63,016 bases of DNA. Origin: Clostridia bacterium. GTDB lineage: Bacteria; Bacillota; Clostridia; UMGS1883; UMGS1540. This document shows, in pieces, positions 40,850-51,498 of the stretch. Where the stretch lies: the NCBI GenBank assembly GCA_045590155.1, contig JAZNQL010000005.1:1-63016 (forward strand), in the 5' to 3' direction. How positions within the stretch are numbered: position 1 is the first letter of the stretch; each line of letters opens with the position of its first letter. Under the pieces are notes generated by a model. The model searched no databases. It was given only the letters and a program-made list of their open reading frames with translations, and was not told the DNA's origin. Made by a program: the position numbers and the translations under genes.

Positions 40850-43309
40850 TCATCCTCTTTGTTTAACAAAAATTCTTTCCATAATAACTGCAGCTTCGGC
40901 ACGGGTGGTATACGAAAGTGGATTTAATGTGCCGTCGGCGTTACCCTTTATAAGTCCCGACCCTATCATTGCGCAAACGTGCTCTTTTGCATAATCTGCA
41001 ACAAGGTTTGCATCGGGGAACGAAGAAAGGTCAAAACTGGAATCAAGCCTCATAGCTCTGGATATTATTGTCATTAAATCCTGCCTTGTTATAGGCTCTT
41101 TAGGTGCAAACTTGTTGTCACCAATGCCGTTTAAAATTCCAAGCTCTTTACCTATTGCAACCTCTCTTGCATAGTCGGAATAAGGGGTTACATCGTCAAA
41201 GTTTGTTGAGGGTGTATGCTTTATACCGAGAGTTCTTATCAGGAAAAGAGCAAGCTCCCCTCTTGTTATAAATGTTGCCGGCTCAAAGGTTACATCGGTT
41301 TTTTCGTTTACAAACCCCTTTGCGTCAAGACGGTTTATAGCATCCTTTGCCCAAGGATAAGCTTCCAGATCTTCATAGTTATGAACGGGAATGGTTTGCG
41401 CTTCAACATTTTTATCGTAGTTGAATTTATATGTTACGCAGGCACCCTTTCTTAAGGAAACGCAAAACTCGTTGTTTTGGTTTATTTCTCCGGTGCAGTC
41501 TGTAACATCGCCAAATAAAGCTTGGGGAGTTCCTTTTGCAAAGTCAACAGGAATTTCGGCTTTTTCGGTGTCAAGATGGTCTCGGTTAAGTATATCCACA
41601 TAAACATTTTTTCTGTCTGTGTAAACTGTGTACCATATATCAGAAGTTTCGGAAGTATCCGAGGCTAAAATGTCAAATTTTTCGTTTTTGTAAACATTGA
41701 ATGCCCATTCTGGCTCGCCCGAATTGCTGAAAGAGGCAAGACCTTCTGTTAATTCCTTGCTCTCTAAAATTCCCGAGCACTCAAAATATGCAATGCCATC
41801 AGCCTTTGTCATTAAAGACTGGTAGAACATATGGCGCACCTCTTCTGTTATGGGCAGATAATTACCCCAATCAAAGGTTTGCAAAACAGAGTAAACAGGC
41901 TTGTTATGATGTTTTCTTGAAAGGTCTTCGGCATATTTTACACATTTTGAAACATAGGTTGAATATGGGGAAATATTAGCAGGATACGGGTCTATCCCCA
42001 AAATATCAACACATTTCATATCCGCTTCATAAAGAGCAGTAGCAGTAGAAGCTTCAATAAGATATATGGGATGATTTTTGTCTATATCTCTTATAATGCG
42101 GTAAGCATCCTTTAAAAGCTCAACAGGGTTTGCAAGCTGGGCTGGCTCGTCCTGAACCGCGTATGAGAAAATTGCGGGATGGTCTTTTATGCTTTCAACA
42201 CACGCTTTAAGCTCGGAACTGTAAACAGAGCAGGGAAGGGCATTGGAAAAAAGTGCTACCGAACAGTAAAGCCCTTCTGCCCATGCGGCGTCAAGCTGTG
42301 ATTTTAAAATATCAACATTTCTTGTGTGACCTATGGTTAAAACGTTTACTCCTATCTCTTTGGCAAGATTTATAGAAAGAGGGTTTGCAGAGCCTGCATT
42401 TAATGTGAGCGCATTTAAAACATTTCCGTTATCTTCTACCCATTGCCCCTTTTCGTTTAAATGGGTAGGTCTGTCGTAATATATTATTTCTTGTTTTGCA
42501 GTTCCTTTCGGTCTTGGCCCTTCGTAAATTATTGATTCCAAAACAAACCGTTCCCCGTATTTTGGAGAAAGGTCGTGGGTTTTAAATTCTATAACCTCTG
42601 TTTTGGGAATAGGAGAAAAGGATTTTGTAAAAACAACGTCATTTTCATCATTTTTTATGTTAAAAACGAGTTTACTGCTTTTAAATTGAGAAGCCTCTTT
42701 TGCAGTATTTATTGTAACAAAACCGCCTTCCCAGTCGGTGTAGTAAAAAAATTCGTCAGAAGAAATTTCTGAATACGCCATATCACTAATCTGTGTAAGA
42801 CAAATGTCGTCAACATAAATATTTTCAAGATTTGCACGAAATTCTATGGTCACTTTTGAAGAGTGTGCAGGCACAGTGAAGGTGCACGAATATTCGTACC
42901 ACTGACCTTCGGGGATGGTTTTTACAGGGTCAAAAAACGGCTGGTAGGAAGAAAATTTAGACCCCTTTTCATTATAAAAAGAAAATATGGGAGAAAATGC
43001 GCCAAGCTTTGGAGCCAAAAGCATAAGGTCCAGCTTATAAGATGCCGTTGGCAAAAGGTTTTTAAGTGTTTGGCTTACCGAAATATATGTTCCCTTTCCT
43101 CCAATACAAAGCGACTGCTTGCCCGAAAACCTCTGGTTTGTTACCGAATAAACATTTGGAGGGGTTGCCCATCCTTTAAGCGCTCCGCTTGAAGATACAT
43201 CTTCAAACCCTCCGTTTGTAATAAGAGGTTCTTCTTTTGCACTAAAACAGGGGACGGACAAAGCACATAAAAAACATAAAATAAGGAATACCGATATAGC
43301 TTTTTTCAT
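40850..43309 (-). CDS. Secreted SLH-anchored protein with a CBM-like N-domain and a putative glycoside-hydrolase-type central domain
   Basis: 819 aa. It has a signal peptide (MKKAISVFLILCFLCALSVPCFSA) and a CBM4/9-like start (ITNGGFED..WA). Three C-terminal SLH motifs follow: YPWAKDAI..TRGELALFL, FDDV..YAREV..NGIGDNKFAP and FPDANLVADYAKE..TRAEAAVIMERI. The catalytic family is not identifiable by eye. Confidence 0.65.
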   Translation of the reverse strand: MKKAISVFLILCFLCALSVPCFSAKEEPLITNGGFEDVSSSGALKGWATPPNVYSVTNQRFSGKQSLCIGGKGTYISVSQTLKNLLPTASYKLDLMLLAPKLGAFSPIFSFYNEKGSKFSSYQPFFDPVKTIPEGQWYEYSCTFTVPAHSSKVTIEFRANLENIYVDDICLTQISDMAYSEISSDEFFYYTDWEGGFVTINTAKEASQFKSSKLVFNIKNDENDVVFTKSFSPIPKTEVIEFKTHDLSPKYGERFVLESIIYEGPRPKGTAKQEIIYYDRPTHLNEKGQWVEDNGNVLNALTLNAGSANPLSINLAKEIGVNVLTIGHTRNVDILKSQLDAAWAEGLYCSVALFSNALPCSVYSSELKACVESIKDHPAIFSYAVQDEPAQLANPVELLKDAYRIIRDIDKNHPIYLIEASTATALYEADMKCVDILGIDPYPANISPYSTYVSKCVKYAEDLSRKHHNKPVYSVLQTFDWGNYLPITEEVRHMFYQSLMTKADGIAYFECSGILESKELTEGLASFSNSGEPEWAFNVYKNEKFDILASDTSETSDIWYTVYTDRKNVYVDILNRDHLDTEKAEIPVDFAKGTPQALFGDVTDCTGEINQNNEFCVSLRKGACVTYKFNYDKNVEAQTIPVHNYEDLEAYPWAKDAINRLDAKGFVNEKTDVTFEPATFITRGELALFLIRTLGIKHTPSTNFDDVTPYSDYAREVAIGKELGILNGIGDNKFAPKEPITRQDLMTIISRAMRLDSSFDLSSFPDANLVADYAKEHVCAMIGSGLIKGNADGTLNPLSYTTRAEAAVIMERIFVKQRG

Positions 43310-43327
43310 TTTCCCATAAATCCTTTC

Positions 43328-46300
43328 TTATAAAACCGAAACATTTTCGTTGCCAAAAAGGTTTTTAACCGAGTTTAAAAACACTTCCGAAACCGAAACC
43401 TTTTTATCGGGGAAGATTTTTTTGCCGTTATATTCAAAACAAATAGATTCTGTTCCCAAACTTTTTTTAACAAGAATGTTTAAATCGTCGAGCCGATATA
43501 CACTTTCATCGTTTAAGGTTATTGTAAGAGTTTTTCCTTCCGACTTGTAAAGAGAAGTAATTTCTCTTGCTAAAAGCTTTGGCTCTTCGTCTTCTCTGGA
43601 GCTTATTGTGCCCGTTATTTTTACTGGCAAATCAAGATTTAACACCTGTTCGCTTGCCTGAAGTACTTTAGGGAAGATTATAACTTCCATACTGCTTGCC
43701 ATATCTTCTATATTTGCAAACGCCATAATTGCATTTGATTTTGTGGTTTTGTTTTTGCGGGAGGATATAATTCCTGCAACAGTTACCTCTACCCCATCGC
43801 GGTAAGGAGAAAGCTCGTCTGCCTCCACAATATCGTGGATGGGAGTAACAGAAAGATATTCTAAAGTTTCTCTGTACTCGTCAAGCGGATGCCCCGAAAA
43901 ATAAATACCCAGAGATTCTTTTTCCATTTCAAGTATCGTTTTATGAGGGAATTCTTCAATTTGCGGATAAGAATCGGCAGTTATTTCGTTTTCGGCTTCT
44001 CCAAACAGGGAAAGCTGACCTTCTATATTCTGTCTTCTTGAAAGAGTGTTGCGTTCAAGAATAGATTCGTAAACAGAAAGCATCGCCGAGCGGGGTTTTC
44101 CAATAAAGTCCATTGCTCCGCTTTTTATAAGTCCTTCAAGAGAACGCTTATTTAAATCGGAATCGCAAAGACGTTCTATAAAATCAGAAAGTGAAGAAAA
44201 TTTGCCGTTTTTTGCCGCACATTCAACTGCATCAGCAAAATTTTTGCCCACGTTTCGTATTGCGCCAAGTCCAAAACGGATTGTATCTTCACAAACCGAA
44301 AAGCCGTAACGGCTGTAATTTACATCGGGCGGAAGAATTTTTATTCCGTTTTTCTCGCACTCGGAAACATAAGCCGAAATTTTTGGAGCGTTATTTATAA
44401 CACTGTTAAAAAGAGCCGCCATAAAATATTTTCGGTAAAAGCATTTTAAGTATGCCGTCTGGTATGCCAAAACTGCATAAGCCGCTGCGTGAGATTTGTT
44501 AAAGGCATACTTTGCAAAATCTATCATTTCATCGTAAATGGCATTTGCATCTTCTGCCGAGCCGCCTCGTTTGGTTACACCCTCAACAAAAACTACACGT
44601 TCCTTTTCCATTACGTCGATTTTCTTTTTACTCATGGCACGGCGAATCATATCAGCCTGCGCAAGAGAGTATCCTGCAAGAGTTTGCACTATCTGCATAA
44701 CCTGCTCCTGATAAACTATACAGCCGTATGAAACGTCTAAAATATCCTTTAAAAGAGGATGGCGGTAGGTTATTTGCGACGGATTTTGTTTATTTTTTAT
44801 ATATCTTGGTATCTGGTCCATGGGTCCTGGTCTGTAAAGAGCAATACCCGCTATAATATCTTCAAGGCTTTGGGGCATAAGCTCCTTCATAAACGCTTTC
44901 ATACCCGCACTTTCAAGCTGGAACACGCCTGCCGTTTCGCCGCGGGAAATAAGCTCAAAAACTTCGGGGTCATCATAGGTCAGATTTTCTATATCTATTT
45001 TTATATTGTCTTTTGCCGCCATATCAATAGTATCGCGGATAATGGTAAGGTTACGAAGACCCAAAAAGTCCATTTTTAAAAGACCGAGTCTTTCTAAAGT
45101 TACCATTGTAAACTGGGTTGTTACAACCTCGTCATTTTTTTGAAGAGGAACATATTCTGATACCGCACGGTCGGAAATAACAACGCCTGCTGCGTGTGTT
45201 GACGCGTGACGGGGCATACCTTCAAGGTTTAAAGAAATATCAATAAGCTCGTGTATTTTGGGATCGGAAGAATAAAGCTCCGAAAGCTTTGGAGAAACCT
45301 TTAAAGCTTCTGTAAGAGTTATATTCAAAGTGTTTGGCACAAGCTTTGCAACCATATCAGCCTCGGCATAAGCAATGCCAAGGGCACGTGCAACGTCTCT
45401 TATAACTCCCTTTGCCGCCATTGTACCAAAGGTTATTATTTGCGAAACCCTTTCTTTCCCATATTTTCTTATAACATAGTCAATAACCTCCTGCCTGCGT
45501 TCGTAGCAGAAGTCAATATCAATATCGGGCATGGTAATACGCTCGGGATTTAAAAATCTTTCAAAGAACAGGTCAAACTTTAAAGGGTCAATGTTTGTGA
45601 TTCCAAGAGAATATGCAACTATACTGCCAGCTGCCGAGCCTCTGCCCGGACCTACCATTATGCCGTGGGTTTTTGCAAAGTTTACAAAATCCCATACAAT
45701 TAAAAAGTAGTCGGTAAAGCCCATGGAGTTTATCATATCAAGCTCGTAATCAAGGCGTTTTTCTGCTTCTTCATTATCTTTATAGCGTTTATTTAAGCCG
45801 TCAAGACAGAGAGCGTGCAAATATTCTTTTGCTTCTCTTCCTTCGGGCAGTTCAAATTTTGGTAAAAGACGTTTGCCGAATTCGAATTCCACATTGCATC
45901 TTTCGGCAATTTTTTGGGTGTTTTCCAAAGCTTCGGGGGCGTATGGGAAAAGAGCAGACATTTCCTCTTCGCTTTTTAAATAAAACTCTTCGCCTTCAAA
46001 ACGCATACGGTCGGCTTCGTCAACAGTTCTTGCCGTTTGTATGCACAAAAGAATGTCCTGAAACTTTGCGTCTTCCCTTTCAATATAGTGAACGTCGTTT
46101 GTTGCAACAAGCGGAATATCAAGCTCTTTTGACATTTTGCAAAGAAGCGGATTTATCTTTTTCTGTTCAGCAATGCCGTGGTCCTGAAGCTCTAGAAAGA
46201 AGTTTCCGTTACCGAAAATATCTCTGTATTCCAAAGCCTTTTTGCAGGCTTCGTCGTATTTATCGTGGACTAAAAGTCTTTGCACATCACCCGCAAGGCA

Positions 46301-46711
46301 GGCAGAAAGAGCAATTATCCCTTCGCTGTGACCTTTAAGTAAGTTGCAGTCAATTCTGGGCTTATAGTAAAAGCCTTCGGTAAAGCCTGCCGAAACTATT
46401 TTTATAAGATTTTTATAGCCTGTTTCATTTTCTGCAAGCAAAACAAGGTGCCCTATATATCCTTCGCCTCTGCCCCCCTGCTTTGCAAATCGGTCGGGAC
46501 AGGTGTAAACTTCGCAACCTATAATAGGCTTTATTCCCGCTTCTTTTGCCGCATCATAAAAGTCTATGACGCCATACATAACGCCATGGTCAGTTATTGC
46601 AAGATGTGTCTGCCCTAAATCTTTTGCTCTTTGGCAAAGCTTTTTAATGTTGCAGGCACCGTCAAGCAGGCTGTATTCGGTATGAACATGAAGATGTGTA
46701 AAACCGCTCAT
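43328..46711 (-). CDS. dnaE: DNA polymerase III alpha subunit DnaE
   Basis: The ORF track extends to 46726. I prefer the ATG at 46711, after GGGGAGG, which overlaps the whiA stop (ATGA). It has an N-terminal PHP domain (FTHLHVHTEYSLLDGA), the polymerase core (PDIDIDF, GLLKMDFLGL) and an OB fold. Confidence 0.95.
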   Translation of the reverse strand: MSGFTHLHVHTEYSLLDGACNIKKLCQRAKDLGQTHLAITDHGVMYGVIDFYDAAKEAGIKPIIGCEVYTCPDRFAKQGGRGEGYIGHLVLLAENETGYKNLIKIVSAGFTEGFYYKPRIDCNLLKGHSEGIIALSACLAGDVQRLLVHDKYDEACKKALEYRDIFGNGNFFLELQDHGIAEQKKINPLLCKMSKELDIPLVATNDVHYIEREDAKFQDILLCIQTARTVDEADRMRFEGEEFYLKSEEEMSALFPYAPEALENTQKIAERCNVEFEFGKRLLPKFELPEGREAKEYLHALCLDGLNKRYKDNEEAEKRLDYELDMINSMGFTDYFLIVWDFVNFAKTHGIMVGPGRGSAAGSIVAYSLGITNIDPLKFDLFFERFLNPERITMPDIDIDFCYERRQEVIDYVIRKYGKERVSQIITFGTMAAKGVIRDVARALGIAYAEADMVAKLVPNTLNITLTEALKVSPKLSELYSSDPKIHELIDISLNLEGMPRHASTHAAGVVISDRAVSEYVPLQKNDEVVTTQFTMVTLERLGLLKMDFLGLRNLTIIRDTIDMAAKDNIKIDIENLTYDDPEVFELISRGETAGVFQLESAGMKAFMKELMPQSLEDIIAGIALYRPGPMDQIPRYIKNKQNPSQITYRHPLLKDILDVSYGCIVYQEQVMQIVQTLAGYSLAQADMIRRAMSKKKIDVMEKERVVFVEGVTKRGGSAEDANAIYDEMIDFAKYAFNKSHAAAYAVLAYQTAYLKCFYRKYFMAALFNSVINNAPKISAYVSECEKNGIKILPPDVNYSRYGFSVCEDTIRFGLGAIRNVGKNFADAVECAAKNGKFSSLSDFIERLCDSDLNKRSLEGLIKSGAMDFIGKPRSAMLSVYESILERNTLSRRQNIEGQLSLFGEAENEITADSYPQIEEFPHKTILEMEKESLGIYFSGHPLDEYRETLEYLSVTPIHDIVEADELSPYRDGVEVTVAGIISSRKNKTTKSNAIMAFANIEDMASSMEVIIFPKVLQASEQVLNLDLPVKITGTISSREDEEPKLLAREITSLYKSEGKTLTITLNDESVYRLDDLNILVKKSLGTESICFEYNGKKIFPDKKVSVSEVFLNSVKNLFGNENVSVL

Positions 46712-47625
46712 TTTAAACCTCCCCATATTTCGATAATTTTTTTGAGTCTGTGATTTACGCCCGAACGCGAGAGCACGGGCGAAAGCATTTGCCCAAGCTC
46801 GGACAAAGAAGCTTCGGGGAATTCTTCCCGAAGGTTTGCCAAAACCTTAAGATTTTCGGGCAATGTTTCAAACTTTTTGGCATCCCTCAAGCCTTGTATA
46901 GCTTCGCGTTGCAGTATGGATGCATTTACAGTTTTGTCAATATTTCCCAGCTCGCAATTCCTTCTCCTGTTTATGTTGTTGCGCTTTTCCTTTAAAATTC
47001 TTATGTTCATAAATTCCATAAGATTATTGTGCGCACCTGTTATATTTATAAGGTCTTCTATCTGATTTGCACCGCTGAAATATAAAACATAGGACGATTT
47101 TCGTTTGGTGCAATGTGCTTGTAGTGAAAAAAGATTTAAAAGCTCTGAAAAGGAATCGCTTATAGCCTTATGTCTTGTAACAAATTCAAAGTGGTATACT
47201 TTTTCGGGGTTTGAAATGGTACCTCCGCCCAAAAAAGCACCTTTTACAAAGGCTTTACGGCAACATTCGTTTTTGAAAAAGTTTTGAGAGATGCGGAATA
47301 TGTGAACATTTTTTTCTCTGTCAATAAAACGAAGGGTGCGTAAAAGATTTTGAGCGTTATCCAAAGTAGCACAATAAAGGTCCGAGCCTGCCGCACCCGA
47401 AATTTTTTTAAAAACGGCATCGGGAAAGCCTGCACTTTTCAAAAGGAATGCCGCTCTTTGTGCAGTTGAAATACTTTCGGTTGTAAGACGCAGAGAAACA
47501 CAATCTTCAGAAGAAATAAGTGTTCCACAAAAAGCGGCAATGCCAGCAAGCTCGGCAATGTCGCAACAGGATTTTCTGTTATTTAATCTCGCAAGTTCTT
47601 TTTTTATATCGGATGAAAAAGACAT
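46708..47625 (-). CDS. whiA: DNA-binding protein WhiA
   Basis: The ORF track extends to 47679. I prefer the ATG at 47625, after AAGGAG. The sequence MSFSSDIKKELARL is the typical WhiA start. It has LAGLIDADG-like domains and a C-terminal HTH (LSELG..LSRSGVNHRLKKI). Confidence 0.88.
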   Translation of the reverse strand: MSFSSDIKKELARLNNRKSCCDIAELAGIAAFCGTLISSEDCVSLRLTTESISTAQRAAFLLKSAGFPDAVFKKISGAAGSDLYCATLDNAQNLLRTLRFIDREKNVHIFRISQNFFKNECCRKAFVKGAFLGGGTISNPEKVYHFEFVTRHKAISDSFSELLNLFSLQAHCTKRKSSYVLYFSGANQIEDLINITGAHNNLMEFMNIRILKEKRNNINRRRNCELGNIDKTVNASILQREAIQGLRDAKKFETLPENLKVLANLREEFPEASLSELGQMLSPVLSRSGVNHRLKKIIEIWGGLK

Positions 47626-47689
47626 ACTACTCCTTGTAAAAGGGAGTTGTAAAAAATATTTACAACTCCTTTGTTTCACATGTGTTTAA

Positions 47690-48961
<1,272 letters not shown>

Positions 48962-48982
48962 TTAAAATTCCTTCTTTCTATG

Positions 48983-49405
48983 TTAATTCAATTTTCTGCT
49001 TAAAGTATCGTAAAGGGTTTTAAGATTTGAGGTAAGAACTTCGGGCTTTACTGTTTCTAAAGCTTTTTTAGCTCCCGAATAATTACCTGCATTTAAAAGC
49101 TTTTCCGCTTCAAGTATAGCTTCTGCCGAGGCGGAATAGCTTGTTTTTTCGACTTCCAGAACATCTATTTTTTCGTTTAAGGATTTTATAGTTTCGGAAA
49201 GTGCCGAAATCTGTGATTCTTTTGCCGAAAGGGTTTGTGCCATTTCGTTAAGCATTTCGGAGTTGTGCTGAAAGGTTTCTTTTGCATCGTCACGGAACTC
49301 CAGATGCTGACTTCCTGCAAGAGCAACAAATAAAATAAGAGCAAATGCGGCAGCAAAAAGAATAATTGTATATGTCCAGAAAAATTTAATTTTGCTTTTA
49401 TCCAT
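48983..49405 (-). CDS. Membrane-anchored coiled-coil protein, function unknown (possibly DUF4446-like)
   Basis: 140 aa with one N-terminal TM segment (FWTYTIILFAAAFALILFVALA) followed by a heptad-like helical region. It sits directly after parB, as small TM proteins do in many Firmicutes. Confidence 0.5.
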   Translation of the reverse strand: MDKSKIKFFWTYTIILFAAAFALILFVALAGSQHLEFRDDAKETFQHNSEMLNEMAQTLSAKESQISALSETIKSLNEKIDVLEVEKTSYSASAEAILEAEKLLNAGNYSGAKKALETVKPEVLTSNLKTLYDTLSRKLN

Positions 49406-49407
49406 AG

Positions 49408-50262
49408 TTACCTCTCTATAACAGAAAGAATTCTGTTCAAATCATCTGTGCCGTAGTATTCAATCTCGATTTTACCCTTTTTTGCTCCGTGGGTAATTTT
49501 AACCTTTGTGCCAAGCTTGCCTGCCAAAGATTCTGCAACAACCTGAATATTTTCGTCTGGGACTTTGGGAGTGCGCGGTTTAGGGTCTTTTTGCGAGGCA
49601 AGCCTTTCAAGCTCGCGAACCGAAAGATTTTCTTTTATAACAAGCTCTGCAAGCTTTAAACGCTTTGATTCTTCGGGAACCGAAAGAAGCGCACGGGCAT
49701 GTCCTTCAGAAAGGTCGCCGTCCAAAACAAGTTTTTCAAGCGTGGGCGACAAAGAAAGAAGTCTTAATGTGTTTGCAATGGCGGAACGGCTTTTTCCAAC
49801 CTTTTCGCTTATTTGCTCCTGTGTTAAGTTAAAAGCATCCATAAGGGCACGGTAACCCTTTGCTTCTTCAATTGGATTTAAGTCCTCGCGCTGAAGATTT
49901 TCAACTAAAGCAACTTCCATCTTCTGTTGCTCGTCATAGCTTCTTATAACTACGGGGATTTTTTTAAGACCTGCAAGCCTTGCAGCACGCCAACGGCGCT
50001 CCCCTGCAATAATCGTATAAAAGTTTTCGTGACTTTTTGTAACTATAATTGGTTGTATAACGCCATGCTTTTTAATTGAATCAGCCAAAACTTCAAGCTG
50101 CGTTTCGTCAAAATACTTTCTCGGTTGTTCGGGGTTTGGCTCAACTTCAAAAATTTCAAGCTCGGTTACAGCTTCCTTTTCCTCCAAAACAGGCTTGGGA
50201 GAAGAAGAAACAGAATCGTTAAAAAGGGCATCAAGTCCTTTTCCAAGACCGCCTTTAATCAT
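49408..50262 (-). CDS. parB: Chromosome partitioning protein ParB/Spo0J
   Basis: The ORF track extends to 50334. I prefer the ATG at 50262, after AGGAG, which overlaps the parA end by 8 nt. It has MIKGGLGKGLDALF, the GERRWRAA box and an HTH (QEQISEKVGKSRSAIANTLRLL). Confidence 0.93.
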   Translation of the reverse strand: MIKGGLGKGLDALFNDSVSSSPKPVLEEKEAVTELEIFEVEPNPEQPRKYFDETQLEVLADSIKKHGVIQPIIVTKSHENFYTIIAGERRWRAARLAGLKKIPVVIRSYDEQQKMEVALVENLQREDLNPIEEAKGYRALMDAFNLTQEQISEKVGKSRSAIANTLRLLSLSPTLEKLVLDGDLSEGHARALLSVPEESKRLKLAELVIKENLSVRELERLASQKDPKPRTPKVPDENIQVVAESLAGKLGTKVKITHGAKKGKIEIEYYGTDDLNRILSVIER

Positions 50263-51028
50263 TTTCCTTTCTCCTTTCCATAATTTCGTCGGCAAGGTCT
50301 GCATAGCTTTCTGCACCTCTGGATGCAGGGTCATACACCGTTATTGGTTGCCCAAAACCGGGAGCCTCAGAAAGGCGTACGTTTCGGGGGATAATGGTTT
50401 TATATACCTTGTCAGGGAAAAACTTTTTAACTTCATCTACAACTTGAATTGCAAGGTTTGTCCTTGCATCAAACATTGTAAGCAAAACGCCTTCTATTTC
50501 TATGTCGGGATTTAAAACCTTTTTAACTCTTTTAATGGTAGCCATAAGCTGGCTTAAACCTTCCAAAGCGTAATATTCACACTGAATAGGCATTAAAACC
50601 GAATCACTTGCAGCAAAAGCGTTAATTGTAACAAGACCTAAAGAAGGAGGACAATCGATAAAAATATAATCATATTCCTCTTTAACCTGCTCCAGAGCCG
50701 TTTTTAAAAGATATTCACGTCCCATTACGGGTACAAGCTCAACCTCTGCGCCTGCCAAAGCGGTATTTGCAGGACATACCGAGAGATTGCGATAATCTGT
50801 TTTAATAACAGTTTCCGAAAAAGGAGTCTGGTCTATAATAACATTGTAGATTGTTTTTTCAAGGTTGCGGCTATCAACCCCTACTCCGCTTGATGCGTTA
50901 CCCTGAGGGTCTAAATCTATCAGCAAAACCTTATGACCGAGTTCTGCTACACAGGCAGCAAGATTAACTGCGGTGGTTGTTTTACCTACGCCGCCCTTTT
51001 GGTTTGCGACCGATATAATTCTTGACAT
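50255..51028 (-). CDS. parA: Chromosome partitioning ATPase ParA/Soj
   Basis: 257 aa with the deviant Walker A motif ANQKGGVGKTTT, plus DLDPQGN and IDCPPSLG. Confidence 0.95.
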   Translation of the reverse strand: MSRIISVANQKGGVGKTTTAVNLAACVAELGHKVLLIDLDPQGNASSGVGVDSRNLEKTIYNVIIDQTPFSETVIKTDYRNLSVCPANTALAGAEVELVPVMGREYLLKTALEQVKEEYDYIFIDCPPSLGLVTINAFAASDSVLMPIQCEYYALEGLSQLMATIKRVKKVLNPDIEIEGVLLTMFDARTNLAIQVVDEVKKFFPDKVYKTIIPRNVRLSEAPGFGQPITVYDPASRGAESYADLADEIMERRKEND

Positions 51029-51114
51029 AAAACCTGTCCTTTCTTTTAAATGGAAAGCTTATGGATTATTCTGCCATAAGCAAAAATACTTGCCAAGCAA
51101 GACTAACTGTTTAT

Positions 51115-51142
51115 ATTATACCACAACTTTCAAGTTTTGCAA
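51115..51142 (-). promoter_or_regulatory. Candidate promoter for parA: TTGCAA-16 nt-TATAAT
   Basis: Minus strand reads TTGCAA (51142-51137), a 16-nt spacer, then TATAAT (51120-51115). Confidence 0.5.
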
Positions 51143-51153
51143 TAGAAAATATG

Positions 51154-51169
51154 TGTTTCACGTGAAACA
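51154..51169. promoter_or_regulatory. parS site, perfect 16-bp palindrome TGTTTCACGTGAAACA
   Basis: Exact match to the Firmicute parS consensus, immediately upstream of the parA promoter. Confidence 0.9.
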
Positions 51170-51190
51170 TTTTGCAAAAACTTTCAACAT

Positions 51191-51206
51191 TGTTTCACGT
51201 GAAACA
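51191..51206. promoter_or_regulatory. Second perfect parS site TGTTTCACGTGAAACA
   Basis: Exact match to the consensus. The centre-to-centre distance from the first site is 37 bp. Confidence 0.9.
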
Positions 51207-51434
51207 AAAAAGAGCGGCCTTCGTTATGCACATAAGTTTTCAACACTTATGGAAAAGTGTGTGGACTTATTAAGGTTACAATCTTTGCGACGTCAGGGAA
51301 ACTAAAATCCTGATTTGTATCACAGGAACAAAGGGTTTGAAAAGGGAATTTCTGAAATTTATACGAAAAACTGGTAATACGCTCGATTTTCAGTAATGAT
51401 TACTGTTAATTATGGTTCACTTTTTAAAAAAACA

Positions 51435-51463
51435 TTGCAAAACGAGGAAAAATAAAGTATAAT
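51435..51463 (+). promoter_or_regulatory. Candidate promoter for the comM-like operon: TTGCAA-17 nt-TATAAT
   Basis: TTGCAA at 51435-51440, a 17-nt spacer, TATAAT at 51458-51463. Confidence 0.55.
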
Positions 51464-51498
51464 AGGAAGAAACAGAAGAAAATAAAAGGAGACAGTAT

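Noticed and set aside
50973-51305. 110-aa plus-strand ORF spanning the parA start and both parS sites
   Set aside because: It begins inside parA on the opposite strand, has no RBS and crosses obvious regulatory DNA. The composition is not protein-like.
51207-51434. Unannotated 230-bp spacer with TTATGCACA (51224-51232), the inverted repeat CATAAGT-N7-ACTTATG (51231-51251) and TGTGGAC (51260-51266); a possible extra DnaA-box cluster or operator
   Set aside because: There is only one 8/9 match to the DnaA box and one weak half match. The inverted repeat is short and AT-rich, and there is no flanking AT-rich unwinding element. This is not distinguishable from chance without ChIP or comparative data.
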